This document shows, one piece after another, positions 37,740 through 50,390 of a stretch of 64,000 nucleotides of DNA. The stretch lies in NCBI RefSeq assembly GCF_004010195.1, contig NC_057756.1:7444275-7508274 (forward strand), read 5' to 3'. Position 1 is the stretch's first letter, and the number at the start of each line of letters is the position of its first letter. A model generated the notes under the pieces. It was not told where the DNA came from. It did not search any database and worked only from the letters and a program-made list of their open reading frames with translations. This stretch comes from Chiloscyllium plagiosum. Taxonomy: Eukaryota. A program made the position numbers and the translations under genes.

Positions 37740-40700
37740 GTAAGCTTTTTAAAATATTTTTTTCATGGGATGTGGATAACGCTACCTCGTCCAGAATTTA
37801 TGGCGCAGAGGGCAGTTGAAGAGTCGTCCGCATTACTGCCAGTCTGAAGTGACATGTCAGCCAGTCCAGGTAAGGATAGCACTTTCCTTCCCGAAAGGAC
37901 ATTGGTGCACAAGATGGATTTTTCCAACAATCCAGAATTGCTTATTTTTATAATTAAACTCTTAATTCCAGATTTTTGTTTTCATTGACTTCAAATACCA
38001 CCATCTGCCATGGGAATTCTAACCTGAATCCCCAGTACATTGCTGGGGTCACTGGATTAATAGTCCAGTGATAATACCCCTTTAGTGGAACTTAGAAAAT
38101 TGCATCAATCCGAGCAGTGGAATAACATGCCACTGTCTTTATATTTCGCTTGAACTATCTGCCAGTTGGGTTCACTGTAGGTCAGTTAGCACTGCAATCA
38201 TCGAACATGCATTGTCAGGATTGTTGTGAGTTTTGATTGGGACTCAACAATAGGAAATCCCTGTGAATAGTAGATTGCAGAGATCAGAGACCCAGAGAGT
38301 AAAACAGCACAGGATCACAACCTTCAGACAAATCATACATTAAGACAGTGGCAGGGTAAGACACGCCAGTCAGAGCTCCTCTCTCATCAGTTCCTTTTCC
38401 TTTTCCTTTCATTTCTCTTCTCCTCCTTGCAGCAGTTTTTTTTCTTTCTCTCTCCCCCATACTATTAACTGACCATACCTGGAGATGAGTCATGAACAGA
38501 GACAAGGCGTGAGCTGAGCAGACGGGCTACATCCCACAGCAGCAGCAGAGCGAGCAGGGGTCGAGACATGGACTAAATCCCAGAGTGATGGTAGCAGGGA
38601 AATCTGGTGTCCCGGAACTGCATGTGGGGAATCCTGAGTCCTCGAGTGGCATGTGGGTATCCCAAGTTCCAGAGCAGCACGATGTGAAGCGTGACTGACC
38701 TTTTTGCTGCTGAGTGCTGGTGAGGGAGCGGGCTGGAGGCAGGAGGGATGGGGTCACTTGTTGGATTTGGGCCCTGGTCCCATGTCCTGAGCTGCTGCAG
38801 TTGTAATTCTTTACCAGACTGGACTGTAAATAACCACCTCATTTCTAACTCATCTCAGACACTGTCAGTAATGTTACTGCTCTCCTCCTGATCCTCTTTT
38901 GTATAACAGCACCATATATGTTTTAACTCTGTAAGATTTGTACTTGGACCGATGGTGGCACCATTAAAAGGCAGCCATTGTAAAAACTTTCCACTGTACT
39001 CCTGTACTTCTGTACTAGATGACAATTGACAACAAAGGATATTAATTGTAGATGGTTCCATTGAGTTGATGACGTGCATGGAAACATTAGCTTGCTTAAC
39101 AAAATCTAATTCCCCCTTTTCTTTGTTGAACAGTTTCGATTTTTCTTTCAAAGAATACTTTAGAGGAAGAAGCGCTGATATTTCCTAATCGCAGGTAGTT
39201 ATAAGATCGGAAAGCAGTAATAACGATTCATTAACTCATCGCCAGTTCTGAGTACGTTCTTCCAATCTCCAACATAATTAATGTTTCCAAACGTAATTTC
39301 CCAAAATGTAGACAAATGAGAGATGCGAAATTTTAGAAAAGCAAATCAGAGCTAGACTTCTACTCCTAATGGTAGGGACCGTTGCAAACCAAGGAGGACT
39401 TGGAGTGCAGGGCCCTTGAACGTTGACTCGCATGTAAACAGGGTTGGAAAGAAGGCATTTAGTACGCTTGTCTTTATTAGTCAGTGCATTAAGTATGTGA
39501 TGTGGCGTGCCAGTGCATTAGTTTGGCCAATTCTGGAAAACGATCTTCATTTCCAGTCTCCCTGCTATAGGAAAGATGCTGTTAATCTTGAAAGTGATTA
39601 GAAAAGATTTACAAGGACGTCGCTGGAAATGTAAAGTCTGAGCTATAGGGAAAGGCTGAATAGTCTGGGGCAGTGTTCGCTGGAGCATCAAATGCTGAGG
39701 GCCATAGATAGAGTGAATACTCAACGTCTTCTCCCCAGGGTAAGTGAGTCCAAAACTAAAGGGCATTGACTTAAGCAGAGAGAGGAAAGATTTAAGGGTT
39801 CTAAGCAGTAGCTTTTCCATGCAGTAGTTGAGGTGTGTATGGAATGAGCTTCCAGAGGAAGTGCTTGAGGCTGACACAATTGCAACATTTAAAAGACATC
39901 TGGTTGAGCAAATAAATATGAAGGATTTAGAGGGGTATTGGCGAAATACAGGCAAATTGGACTTGATTAATTTTGGATATCTGGTCAGCATGGATGAGTG
40001 GACTGAAGGGTCTATTTCTGCGCTGTTCTATAAGCGATTGAAATCAATTGTTGGAGTGTTGAGTGGACAGCTGGCTGTGTACATGAAGAGAGGAAACCAT
40101 TTGCAAGAACAAGTTCAAATGCTATATGTTCTTTCTCGCATGAAAGATTTGTTTTCTTATCCTTTGTTAAACTGACAGCTCTGTTTGGTTATCTTGATGT
40201 TAAGCAATTGTTTTATTTATCTTACAGCACATTTCAGGTTCTCAATGGTAATCCCCTGTCTGACATGTCCTCAAAACCCAACTTGTGGTCGACTTGTTAA
40301 TTCGGTGTGGATATGATCTCTTATCGTGGGTGCTGGTGTTCCCATATCCTTGTGGAATATTGTTTAAGAATGTGTCTGTCCTGTAATGCAGCATTACATA
40401 ATGTCAAATCCATGATTCTGGGCACTATATGTTCAGTACAGATTCCATTCTATGTCCACTTGCATTGTGACCATATTAAAATGGGACTTTACTACATTTA
40501 AATCCAGAGGTACTTGGCTAGACGATCAACTTAGCTAATTATTGGGAATACAAAAGGGAAATGGGCAGGTTTCTATACTCCTAACGTTTCATTCCTTCAA
40601 ATAACAGAATGATGTTAATGAAGCCAATAAAATATGTTCAGTCTGATTCTATACACAACAGTAACGTTCTGAACTTAGCATTTTCCACCGCCAAAGCCAT

Positions 40701-40895
40701 TTTGCAGTACTTCATGTTCAACACCACACACTCATTTCCTTTGTTCATTTGGCACAGCTTAACATGGAATGAAATTGGGATTAAAAATCTTTTTACATTT
40801 TAATATTTTGCTGACTGCCCTGATGCCATCTTGACTCAAACAGAAGGCTATTCAAATGATAATTTCAAAACTAATTTCACTTCTCCGTCTTGCAG

Positions 40896-41806
40896 TTAAT
40901 GCACTGGCAATTGTGCTTCTGTCGCTTGGAAAATGTGGGCTGTCCAAATGCACCACGCATTACCTGGTGGCTATGGCAACAGCAGATCTGATGGTCATCA
41001 TAACTGATGTCATATTGTATCAACTAAATCATTACTTTTACCAGGGGTCATTCCTGCACCTCACGTCTGCATGCATTGTGATTGACTTCCTACTTTTTGT
41101 AAGTTCAGACTGTTCTGTCTGGTTCACTGTCACTTTCTCCGCTGATCGGTTTGTCACCATTTGTTGTCAAAAACTGAAACTGAAATATTGTACCGTGAAA
41201 ACAGCAGCTGTTATTCTTTCAACAACCTGTACTCTTTTCTTTCTAAAAAATGCTCCAATTTTTTTTACACGGGAACCGACGATTGTGGTTGACAATGTAC
41301 AGTGGTCCTGTCAAATTAAGGACAGCTATTATTCTGAAATCAGGTGGATGGTTTATGACTGGGTTGATAAGGTGTTAACACCATTACTCCCGTTCAGTTT
41401 AGTTTTGCTCTTCAATGCTTTGACAGTTAGATACGTGTTAGTGGCGAGTCGGATCCGTAAAGGATTGAGGAGTCAGAACACGGAAGAGAAATGCAGTGAT
41501 CCTGAGATGGAGAGCAGAAGGAAGTCAATGATTTTACTATTCGCTATATCTAGTAGTTTCATACTGCTGTGGTCACCCTATGTAATAAATTTCTTATATT
41601 ATCGAATTGCAGCAATTGATCCCAAATCTTACGATGAAAGTTTGCATGTATTTGAAAGAATTGGATATATGCTGCTGAGTTTGAGTTGCTGCACAAATAC
41701 GTTTATTTATGGAGTAACTCAGTCGAAGTTCAGGGAACAGTTCATTAACGCTGTAAAATACCCACTGACTGCAATTAAGAGAGTCTTTACTTTTAGAATG
41801 AATTGA
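40896..41806 (+). CDS. GPR139/142-like orphan class A GPCR, copy A2, exon 2 (intact; spliced product 325 aa)
   Basis: Acceptor cttgcAG at 40894-40895 and an open frame to TGA. Motifs: GVPVN (N1.50), MATADL (D2.50), C3.25 exactly 25 residues before the R of DRF, ECL2 Cys (WSCQ), TM5 PLLPF, TM6 LLWSP, TM7 NTFIY and helix 8 SKFREQF. The family call is from motif recall, not a search. Confidence 0.93.
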
Positions 41807-44800
41807 TGAAAATCTCTGAGACAGTACCACAGTATCCTAGAATGCAGCATTGAGTAGAAAATATCCATCAAATGATTTGTATCAAAACTGTTATTTTGCA
41901 TGAAATACAAAAAGCAGGCTATCCTTCGATTGGATGTTGTTTTGTTTTGAATTGTCATGATATTGAGACAAAATTTTTAATCCTCACATAAAGTAAACGT
42001 AATGAAGAATTCGTTTAAGAAAGCTACACCATTGCTGCAGCAACGCACATGAAGGAATATCTACAGAAAATCGACAGGAAGAACTGAATTAGGGAGATTC
42101 CATTCCATTAAATAGGTAGCACCGAATTTAAGCACTGCGCCCCTACTTAGTGTTGGCAGTGAATTCTAACCGAGTCCACTCAAATAGTGTCTGCCTCATT
42201 TCAATTTTGTTTGGCAAAAACGTTTCCTCTCATTTCATTTATCTCAGAGATCGTCTCTTATCGCCCCAAATGATGTTAAAATTGGACAGCTCATATTTGA
42301 ACCAGAAAATTTCAATTCTCATTTAACATGGTAGTCTTTCAATGAAGGATATGTATGTAAAACTGCAATATTTGGTTTCAACAATGAAAAAGGACTGGAT
42401 CAAATTCAAAGAAAGATAATTAGAAAGCATTTGTAGTCTTCGTATATAAAACAGTTTGTAATTCTTCAAATCACAAGCAAAAATGCCATCCCATCTGCAT
42501 TAAATGTACTGTACTGAGAGAGTTTCATTTTGTGTAACATCTACAGCTGTGACTCAGCTGTTTCTTTGACTTCCTGTTCTTGGGAGTTTGTTAGACTTTC
42601 CGTTGTTTATTCACACAACTGAATAATCTGAGAATGAAAGGACGCTACCTGATTTCACACCAAAAATGTCTGGCTCGGAATTTTCATATTAATATACTTG
42701 CAGTAGAATAACAGTTTGAAATTGTTCTGAATTAATTCCTTTCTGGGGGAGAATCTGTTCAGAATCTTTCAGTCTCTGTGAAATGCTCCAAATACCTCAC
42801 TACTCAGGTTTTCATATCACAAGAAAATCTTTATTGTTCAAAACCAAAAGCAGGTACAAAGTTGCCGTTGCTGATCATAAAAGGCTCGCAAAGCAAATGA
42901 TTGCACAATATCTCTCCAGTATCACCCCGATTACTTGCTCTCTGACCCAGGGTGTTTTGAATTGATGGCTCCAGGAAGACTAACATACTACTGATTACCC
43001 TTCATGCACACAGACTAAAACTCAGATTTCACCAGGTCAAAAACTGGTCGCAAAGGTACATTACATCTTAGCAACATAAATTGTGTTCCTAATATCATAT
43101 TCTTATGTTTTTATATTACTGCCACAAGTCAAACAAAATCAGGTTATAGTCCAACAGGTTTATTTGAAATCACACACAATTGGAGCTCCGCTGTTTCATC
43201 AGGTGAAGTGCCATGTGACTTCTGACTGTGTCCACCCCAGTCCAACACCAGCACCTCCATTATTTATATTATTAAGCTCATGGTTTATTTTCAAAACTTC
43301 CACATTCGGAATATTCTGTTAATAGATTATTTTCTTATTTTGTATTGCTCTTTTTGGTGCTTTTTGCTGAGTTATTTTCTTTACACTTGTTACCTTTCGA
43401 ATTTCCCTCTGGAGGAAAAAGTCTCTTTGTTTATCCAAAACAATGCTATAAAAATTGACACTAATGAGTTGCACATAATGACTGAGATATTTGTAAATTC
43501 TCATTTGGTTCAATCATATCCTTTGAGGAAGGAAGCTGCTTTCCTTACTTGTTCTGACCTCCATGTGACTGCAATGTGGTGACTCTTAGCTGACATATTG
43601 GCAATTAGCGATGGGCAATAAATGTTGGCTTCAGTGGCAACACCCACGTCCAACAAATGAATTAACATAAACAGTAATATATTTAGGTTTCTCGATGTCA
43701 TCGTCTGTATTTGGGAAAAAAGAGGCTTGATTTCAAATGGTAACTGTAGTCTCAGATGTCAGGTACCATAAAATAATAGTCGAGAAAGAACTCAATTAAG
43801 CTTTAAGTCACTTTCCCATTCTTTCTTCCGAAGTTAATGACACAAACCTTTCTTGGTTACAAGTGTCTGCTGCTGATCTTACCTGTTTGCACATATCAAC
43901 AGGAAAGTGGCTTCAACTTTGGACCATTGATCACCTTCCATCCTGCCTCTAGTTGCTGGTCGCTGAAATTCACATGGATAGTCTTGCTACCTGAAAAGTG
44001 ACAATTTCTATTTATTCTGGACAGTATCTGATATTTCATCACAATAAAACGCAACTAAGAAAGATTACAAGTGAATTTAAGCTGCTCCAAATCAGATTTC
44101 AAATTGTTTCCATTCAGCATGACCCTTGTATTCCAGTGGATATTAGTTCAACTTGTGGGTCAACTTTGAAAGTCACGTTGTTGCTCCCCAATCCCAACAT
44201 CGTCTCTGTCTTGTTTACAGTGCCACCATGTGTATTTCTACAGAAAGGTCTCTCTTCGACTATTCCATTCCTCTATATATCGACTGATGTTTTCAAGCCA
44301 TCCAGCATTATGAAAGATCTGACTTTATGAGTCAGTAGCAGTAGGTCATCTGAAATCTAAAGGCTGCACCGACATTGAATAAACGCAAGGCTGATAAGAT
44401 TATGACTTTAAATCCACATTGTAACCTACCAATGATACCTCGACTACCTCTTCACACGACATCAAATTGCATGCACCTCGTGAGTATTGTATGACTTTGT
44501 TTCCATCACTCTCTGGTTAGAAAGTTACAAAGATACACTTCGTCATTTTCACCAAGAACTGAATTTGGAACATTGCTAAATCCTCAATCGTTAAAAGCGA
44601 CTGTCTCACAACTCTCTTTTCCGATCTCACTATGTTCAAGGTTCACTTTCGATCATTGATCATATTGTTTCTGCATAGGGTTCGGTGTCATGGTTTCAGG
44701 GTGAATTCTACTGTGAAGTATTTGTGCACTTGCATAAATCCTCGTTCTGTATAAACATTTTCCTACCGTGACTGACATATAGTATTCTTTAACAATTGTT

Positions 44801-45295
44801 TTGCGCGTATTTAGAGATCATTTAGTGTTCCTACTCATTTAGCTCATTTTTCTCTTAGAGAAAGTTATCTTACAATGATAATGGGAATGCAGGTAGGAAA
44901 GCCAAGGTAGGTACACGCTCAGCGTCTGATGTCGTGGCAAAATGTAACTGTTTTATCTTGTTCTGATACGATCAATTGGACACTTTCTCTATGTCGGATT
45001 GAGGACAAAGAGCTCAAATAATCAGCTCTCTTTAATGATATTTTTCAACAAAGCTACAGTTATTTGATGAAGGCACAGACAGGCCGAATGAAATCATTGG
45101 AGCAAGGTGAGCCAGGTGGATATCAAAGAATAGGAATTCCCTGATTGGGGCTGTTAATCCGGTCCAAACAGGGAGCCCTGACTGACAGACGGACACAAAC
45201 AGGAATGGCAGGGGCTCTGCTCACTCGAGGAGCCGATATTCAGCTAGCTGGGTAAGATGGCATGTACAATAACAGGATACTGTCCTCTCTGAAGA

Positions 45296-45502
45296 TGTGT
45301 GTGTGTGTTTGTGTGTGTGTGAGAGAGAGAGAGAGAGGGAGAGAGCAAGAGAGAGAGAGGTAGAGCGAATGTGTGTATGTGTGTGCATGAGAGAGAGAAT
45401 GTGCATGTGTGGGTCAGAGAGAGAGCGAGAATGTGTGTGTTTGTGAGAGAGAGACGTACAGAAAGAGAAAATGTGTGCATGTGTATGTGCGTATGTGTGT
45501 GT
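45296..45502. repeat. Compound (GT)n/(GA)n microsatellite, paralog of 5776-5985
   Basis: Directly visible. Confidence 0.97.
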
Positions 45503-48500
45503 AACGTTTCCAGACCCCGGCCGAGGGGAATTAGACTGTGACTGTGTATGAGTCGGTGCTGATTCAGTCAGTGATGATTCAGTCAAAGTCATAGACAATT
45601 AGAAATTGTAGCTCTAATTAACCTAGAGAACCTCTTAAAAGAAGATTGAAAAGGCGTCTGGGTGGGTACAAGAACAGGAAGGGTTTACAGGGATTTGGGT
45701 CAAATGCTGGCAAACAGGACTAGATTAATTTCGCATATCTGCTCGGCATGGACGAGTTAGACTAAAGGGTTTGTTTCTGTGATGTACAACTCCATGATTC
45801 CATGTTTCTTACAAGTTCATGAGATAACAGGTCTGTTGGTGTCATTATTCCAAAATTCAGAACCAAATCTGGAAAGAGTCAATGAGATTACAAATTAAGG
45901 AAGTTCTTCTTTGCAAAAGGAAAGGTTCGGGAAAGCAGGAAACGTAGGCGAGTTAGCTTGGTGAATCTGAAGGCGAAATTGTTAGAATTCATCCTGAAGG
46001 AGAATCTCATTGGAAACATTGGGAAGATTCAGTTGGAATTTTTGAAAAGGAAAATATTTTAGTCAACTACCCGGAATTCTTTGAATGAGCAACGTGTGCT
46101 ATCAATAAAGGGGAGCCCATTGATGCATAGTATTTGGATTTCAGGAGGCATTTGATAAGATGCCAAATGAAAGGTTATTGCAGAATACTGGAGTTGATCC
46201 TGCAGGGGATCATATCTCAGATACTATCTGTGGTTTTGTTCTCCTGAAAGAAAGGATGTCAATGCATTGGAGGTGGTTCAGGGAGTGTTCAGTTGATTGA
46301 TATCTGGGATGAGTGAGTTGCCTTGTGAAGAACAATTTTGCAGGCAGCTCTTGTTTTTGCTGGAGGTGGGAGCGACTTGATTGAAGTGTGTAAAATACTG
46401 GGTGGGCTTGACCAGCTGAACATGGAAAGGATGTTTCTGCTTGCATGTAAACCCAGAGGTAGGGGACACTGCTTTGTAATTAGAGGTAGCCTTTTCAGAA
46501 CAGAGAAGCAATTATTCTTTTTCTCAAAATATTGTGTAACGTTGAAATAATTTGTCTCAGAAAGTGACAGAAATGCAATTATTAAGCATTTTTAAGACGG
46601 GGCTGATAGGTTGGGTGAGGGAGTTAAGAATTCTTAGCATCAGGCAGAATTATGGAATTCAGAACACAGACAGATTTGCCATGACCTTAGATTATTTCCT
46701 TATAAACATATTCAGAGATGTTATTACTCTCTTTTGAAGCAGGTATCACTTGAAAAAAGGTCTCCTGGCTCAGAGTGAGGGACACCCCCAACAAGCCAAA
46801 TGAGCCCTCCCCCATGATCTTATTGAATGGTGGTAGTGGAGCTCAAGGGGCCAAATGACTTACTTCGGTTTCTGCATGGTCTGTTTAGCTTCAGTCAGTT
46901 GGTTGATATTCACTTATTTGGCATTGGTTGAATCAGTTGGTGCTGACATAGCCATGTCGGACACAGTTCCCACAATTCCTCTGGGCTGAGAAAGTCCCTA
47001 TTTCTAATAATGTCCAAATTGCACTCTGGGAAAGTCCCATTGCCAACGTACAGTTTCTCAGCATGATGCGAAGCACGGCATTTATATGTTTTTCTCAACT
47101 TCCAGCCACCGAGACTTTCTCTTCTTTCAAATTTGATCAAAAAAACAAAGTTGCCTCCATTTGTCAATTGGTGTTGGTGATTCAGAATTAATACAATGGA
47201 TGTCAGCGGTGTTCCGTGATATAACACCAATATGGCTGCCACCTCAGGGACAAGCTCAATTTTATTAACGATAAGGGAAGCCAGAAGAGCAAGAGCTGGC
47301 TGACCTTAATGTCTGTTTTAGGTTTTTCTCTTGTTACCTTAAAATATGACCCTTAGTTGGAACTCCCACACCCGAGGGAAAACACCCTTGTCATTCACAT
47401 TATCCATACCCCTCATGGTTTTAAAAGCTCTACAACGTCACCCTTCAGTCTCCTACAATCCTGTAAACAAACTCCCAGGCTATCCAGCCTTTCTCTACAA
47501 CACAAACTCTTTATCAATGACAACATCCAGGTAAATCTCTTCAGAACTCTGTCCAAGTTGGTATTTTGAAAATATATTTGTGGGGATGTAGGCGTCGCTG
47601 ACTAGTCCAGCATTGATTGACTGTCCCTAGTTGTGCCTTGAGAAGATGGTGGGCTGTCTTCTTGCACTGCTGCAGTTCACCTGCTGTAGTTCGACTCACA
47701 ACGCCATTAGGGAGGGAATTCCAGGATTTTGACCCAACGACAATGAAAGAATGGCTGTATATTTCCAAGTCAGGATGGTGAGTGGCTTGGTGGGGAGCTT
47801 GAAGCTCATGGTATTCATACGCTCTGCTGCCTTGTCCTTGTAGATGGAAGTGTTCATGCATTTGGATGGTGCTGTCTCAGGAATTTGGGTGAATTTCTTT
47901 AGTGCATCTTGTAGGCAGTACACACTGCTGCTCTTGCTGGAGGGATTGGTGCTAGTGGATGTAGTGCCAAACAAGCGGGGGCTGCTTTGCCTTTCGAGTG
48001 CTGTTGAAGGTGCACCCAACCAGGCAGGTGGGGTGTATTCCATCACACTCCTGACTTGTGCCTTGTAGATAGTGGGCAGGTTTTGTGGAGAAAAGAGGTG
48101 AGTTGCTCACCACAGTATTCCGAGGTTGTGATCTGCTCTTGTAGCCATTGCACTTATATTGTGAATTCAATTGAGTTTCCGGGCAATAATAACCCCCAGG
48201 ATGTTGATAGTGGGTGATTCAGTGATTGTAACATCAGTGAATGTCAATGGGCGGTGGTTAGATTGTCTTTTATTAGGGATGGCCATTGCCTGTCATTTGT
48301 GTGGTATGAACGTTGTTAGCTATTTGCCAGCCAAAGCCTGGATATTGTCCAGATCCTTTACTGGATGTTACACAGTGATATTTCACAAGGCTCAGTTCTG
48401 GGATCTTTGTCCAAAGATCCCACAAATTTGTCACTCAGACTGATAGATTTGCTCTGAAGGTGTATGGCGTATTGGCTTTCATTAGCAGGGCGATGGAGTT

Positions 48501-49049
48501 TAAGAGCAGCGAGGTTATGCTGCAGGTCTAAAGAGCCCTGGTTGGACCACACCTGGAATATTGTGTCAAGGCCTGGTCCCTTCATCATTGGAAATATCTG
48601 GAAGCTTTTGAGAGGACGCAGAGGAGATTTATCCGGATGCTGCCAGGCTTTTCCCATTGGAGCGAAGAAGAATCAGAGGTGAATTTGTAGAGGTGTACAG
48701 GATGTTGACATGCATCGATCGAGTGGGTAGGCAGAGACTTTTTTCCCATGGCAAATTTGGGGCCATAATTTTAAGGTATTTGAAGGAAGGTTTAGGGCAG
48801 ATGTCAGAGGTCAGTTCTTGACACAGAGAGTGGTGGGTGTGTGGAATGAACTGCCAGCAGTAATAGTAACGACAGATACATTCAGGGCATTTAAGCAGCT
48901 CTTGGATATTCATATGGGACATTGTACAATGAAGCGGATGTAGCTTACTCTGGACTGAGAACAGGATGAAAGGCTGGCACAACATTGAGTGCCCACGGGC
49001 CAGTACTGTGCTGAACCGTTCTCTGTTCTGTCTTCTTAGCTGGAGCCTA

Positions 49050-50390
49050 ATGCGACCTCAAACAGGCACTACAACTGGAAATGCAGTAAGTGGACCATTC
49101 GGGTACCAGGGTATTCTGACAAATGTGGACGCACTCACCAGGTTGACTGAGCTTGGGGGACACCACTTGAATGAAGGCATTTGCATGACCTCACTCAGGA
49201 GATATTCTGAACAGAGGGTCATCAGGTCAGTCCACTGCAAAATCCTGAAAAAATGCTAAGACCTGATCAAATTTTCTCAACAATCCAGGCCAGCAGGCCA
49301 TTGTAGTTGCTGCTGGTTGTCGGACTTCAGACAGGAAAAGATTTCCCCTCTACCTGAATTAAATAAGATTGTTCACACGCCGGTATCCAAGACAGTGCAC
49401 ACCCTGGAAAGTCTGCCTACACCCAGTACGCAACCTTTAAATTTCTTAGCAACAACCACATCAAAACCAAATAAAATAAACATCTGGAAGTTTTGATAGG
49501 GGTTGAGACCAATGTTTCTTTTTCAGTGGTTGCAGAATCAGTTTTGAACAAAATTCACTCCGGACTCGAACGCTTAAGTTAGCGTAAGCCCTTGACCAGT
49601 CTGAGTCTATGCTGGGGATAGTTCTGGTATATCATGCGAAGGAGCTGGTTCAGTTTCCACTGGATATGGTAAAAGACTCAGGTCAAAGCCTGATGGGATG
49701 CAATTGTTTGAGAAAGTTTCAACTTTATTGGCTCAACATTTTTCGACAATGAAATGCCTGCCTGAGTGAAGTCCTGATTAAATACCCAGAAGCTTTTCAT
49801 AAATGTTTAGGGACCATCAAACGAGACCTGAAAGCAATTCCACAATTGTGCAAGGCCCTATTTGCCTTACAGGAAAAAGGAGAGGCAGAAATCAGGAGGC
49901 AGGAAAGCGAAGGAATTATCAAACCAGTGCAATTTGGAGAAGGGAAGCACTGGTCGTACTGATTGTGAGGCCTGAAGGGTTGGTTTGCTGCAGTGGGGAT
50001 TTCGAGCAAATGGTAAATCGCCTTCCACAGCTAGATAAATACCCAGTCCCTCGCATGCAAGGCTCATACGCAAAACTGGAAAGTATGTGTTCCTTCATAA
50101 AAGTGAATGAGCTATGAGTTCCAGTGTTTAGATGAAGAATCCCAGATGCATGCTATCCCATAAGTACAAACTTTTGGGTTTGTACTTATATACGAGACTG
50201 TTCTTTTGGGGTATCATCAGCCTGTGCAATTTTCTAGTGGCCAATGTATGAACATTTTACAAGGGCCACCCCAGTTGTGGGTAATGTGCCAATCACTGGG
50301 AAAACCAATAAAGAGCATCACGAGAACTTTGAAGTCATGTTTAAGCATTTCTCCAATGCAAGTGAATATTTTAGGAACAAAGTATCCATA
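49050..50390 (+). mobile_element. Decayed Gypsy remnant, paralog of 8650-10010
   Basis: Encodes LVVLIVRPEGLVCCSGDFEQMVNRLPQLDKYPVPR. Confidence 0.8.

Noticed and set aside
40856..40895. Track ORF start MIISKLISLLRLA as the N-terminus of A2 (single-exon gene)
   Set aside because: This is the branch/polypyrimidine tract of the intron. The ATG is not conserved in the other copies, and the spliced exon 1 completes TM1.
41480..41500. Gene conversion between A2 and B2, suggested by shared KCSD versus KRSD in A1 and B1
   Set aside because: It is a single CGC-to-TGC change at a CpG that could recur independently, which is too little evidence without a formal test.
40896..41806. Assigning the symbol GPR139, or calling these olfactory or trace-amine receptors
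   Set aside because: Multi-copy divergent genes cannot be called orthologs without a phylogeny, and the OR and TAAR signature motifs are absent.
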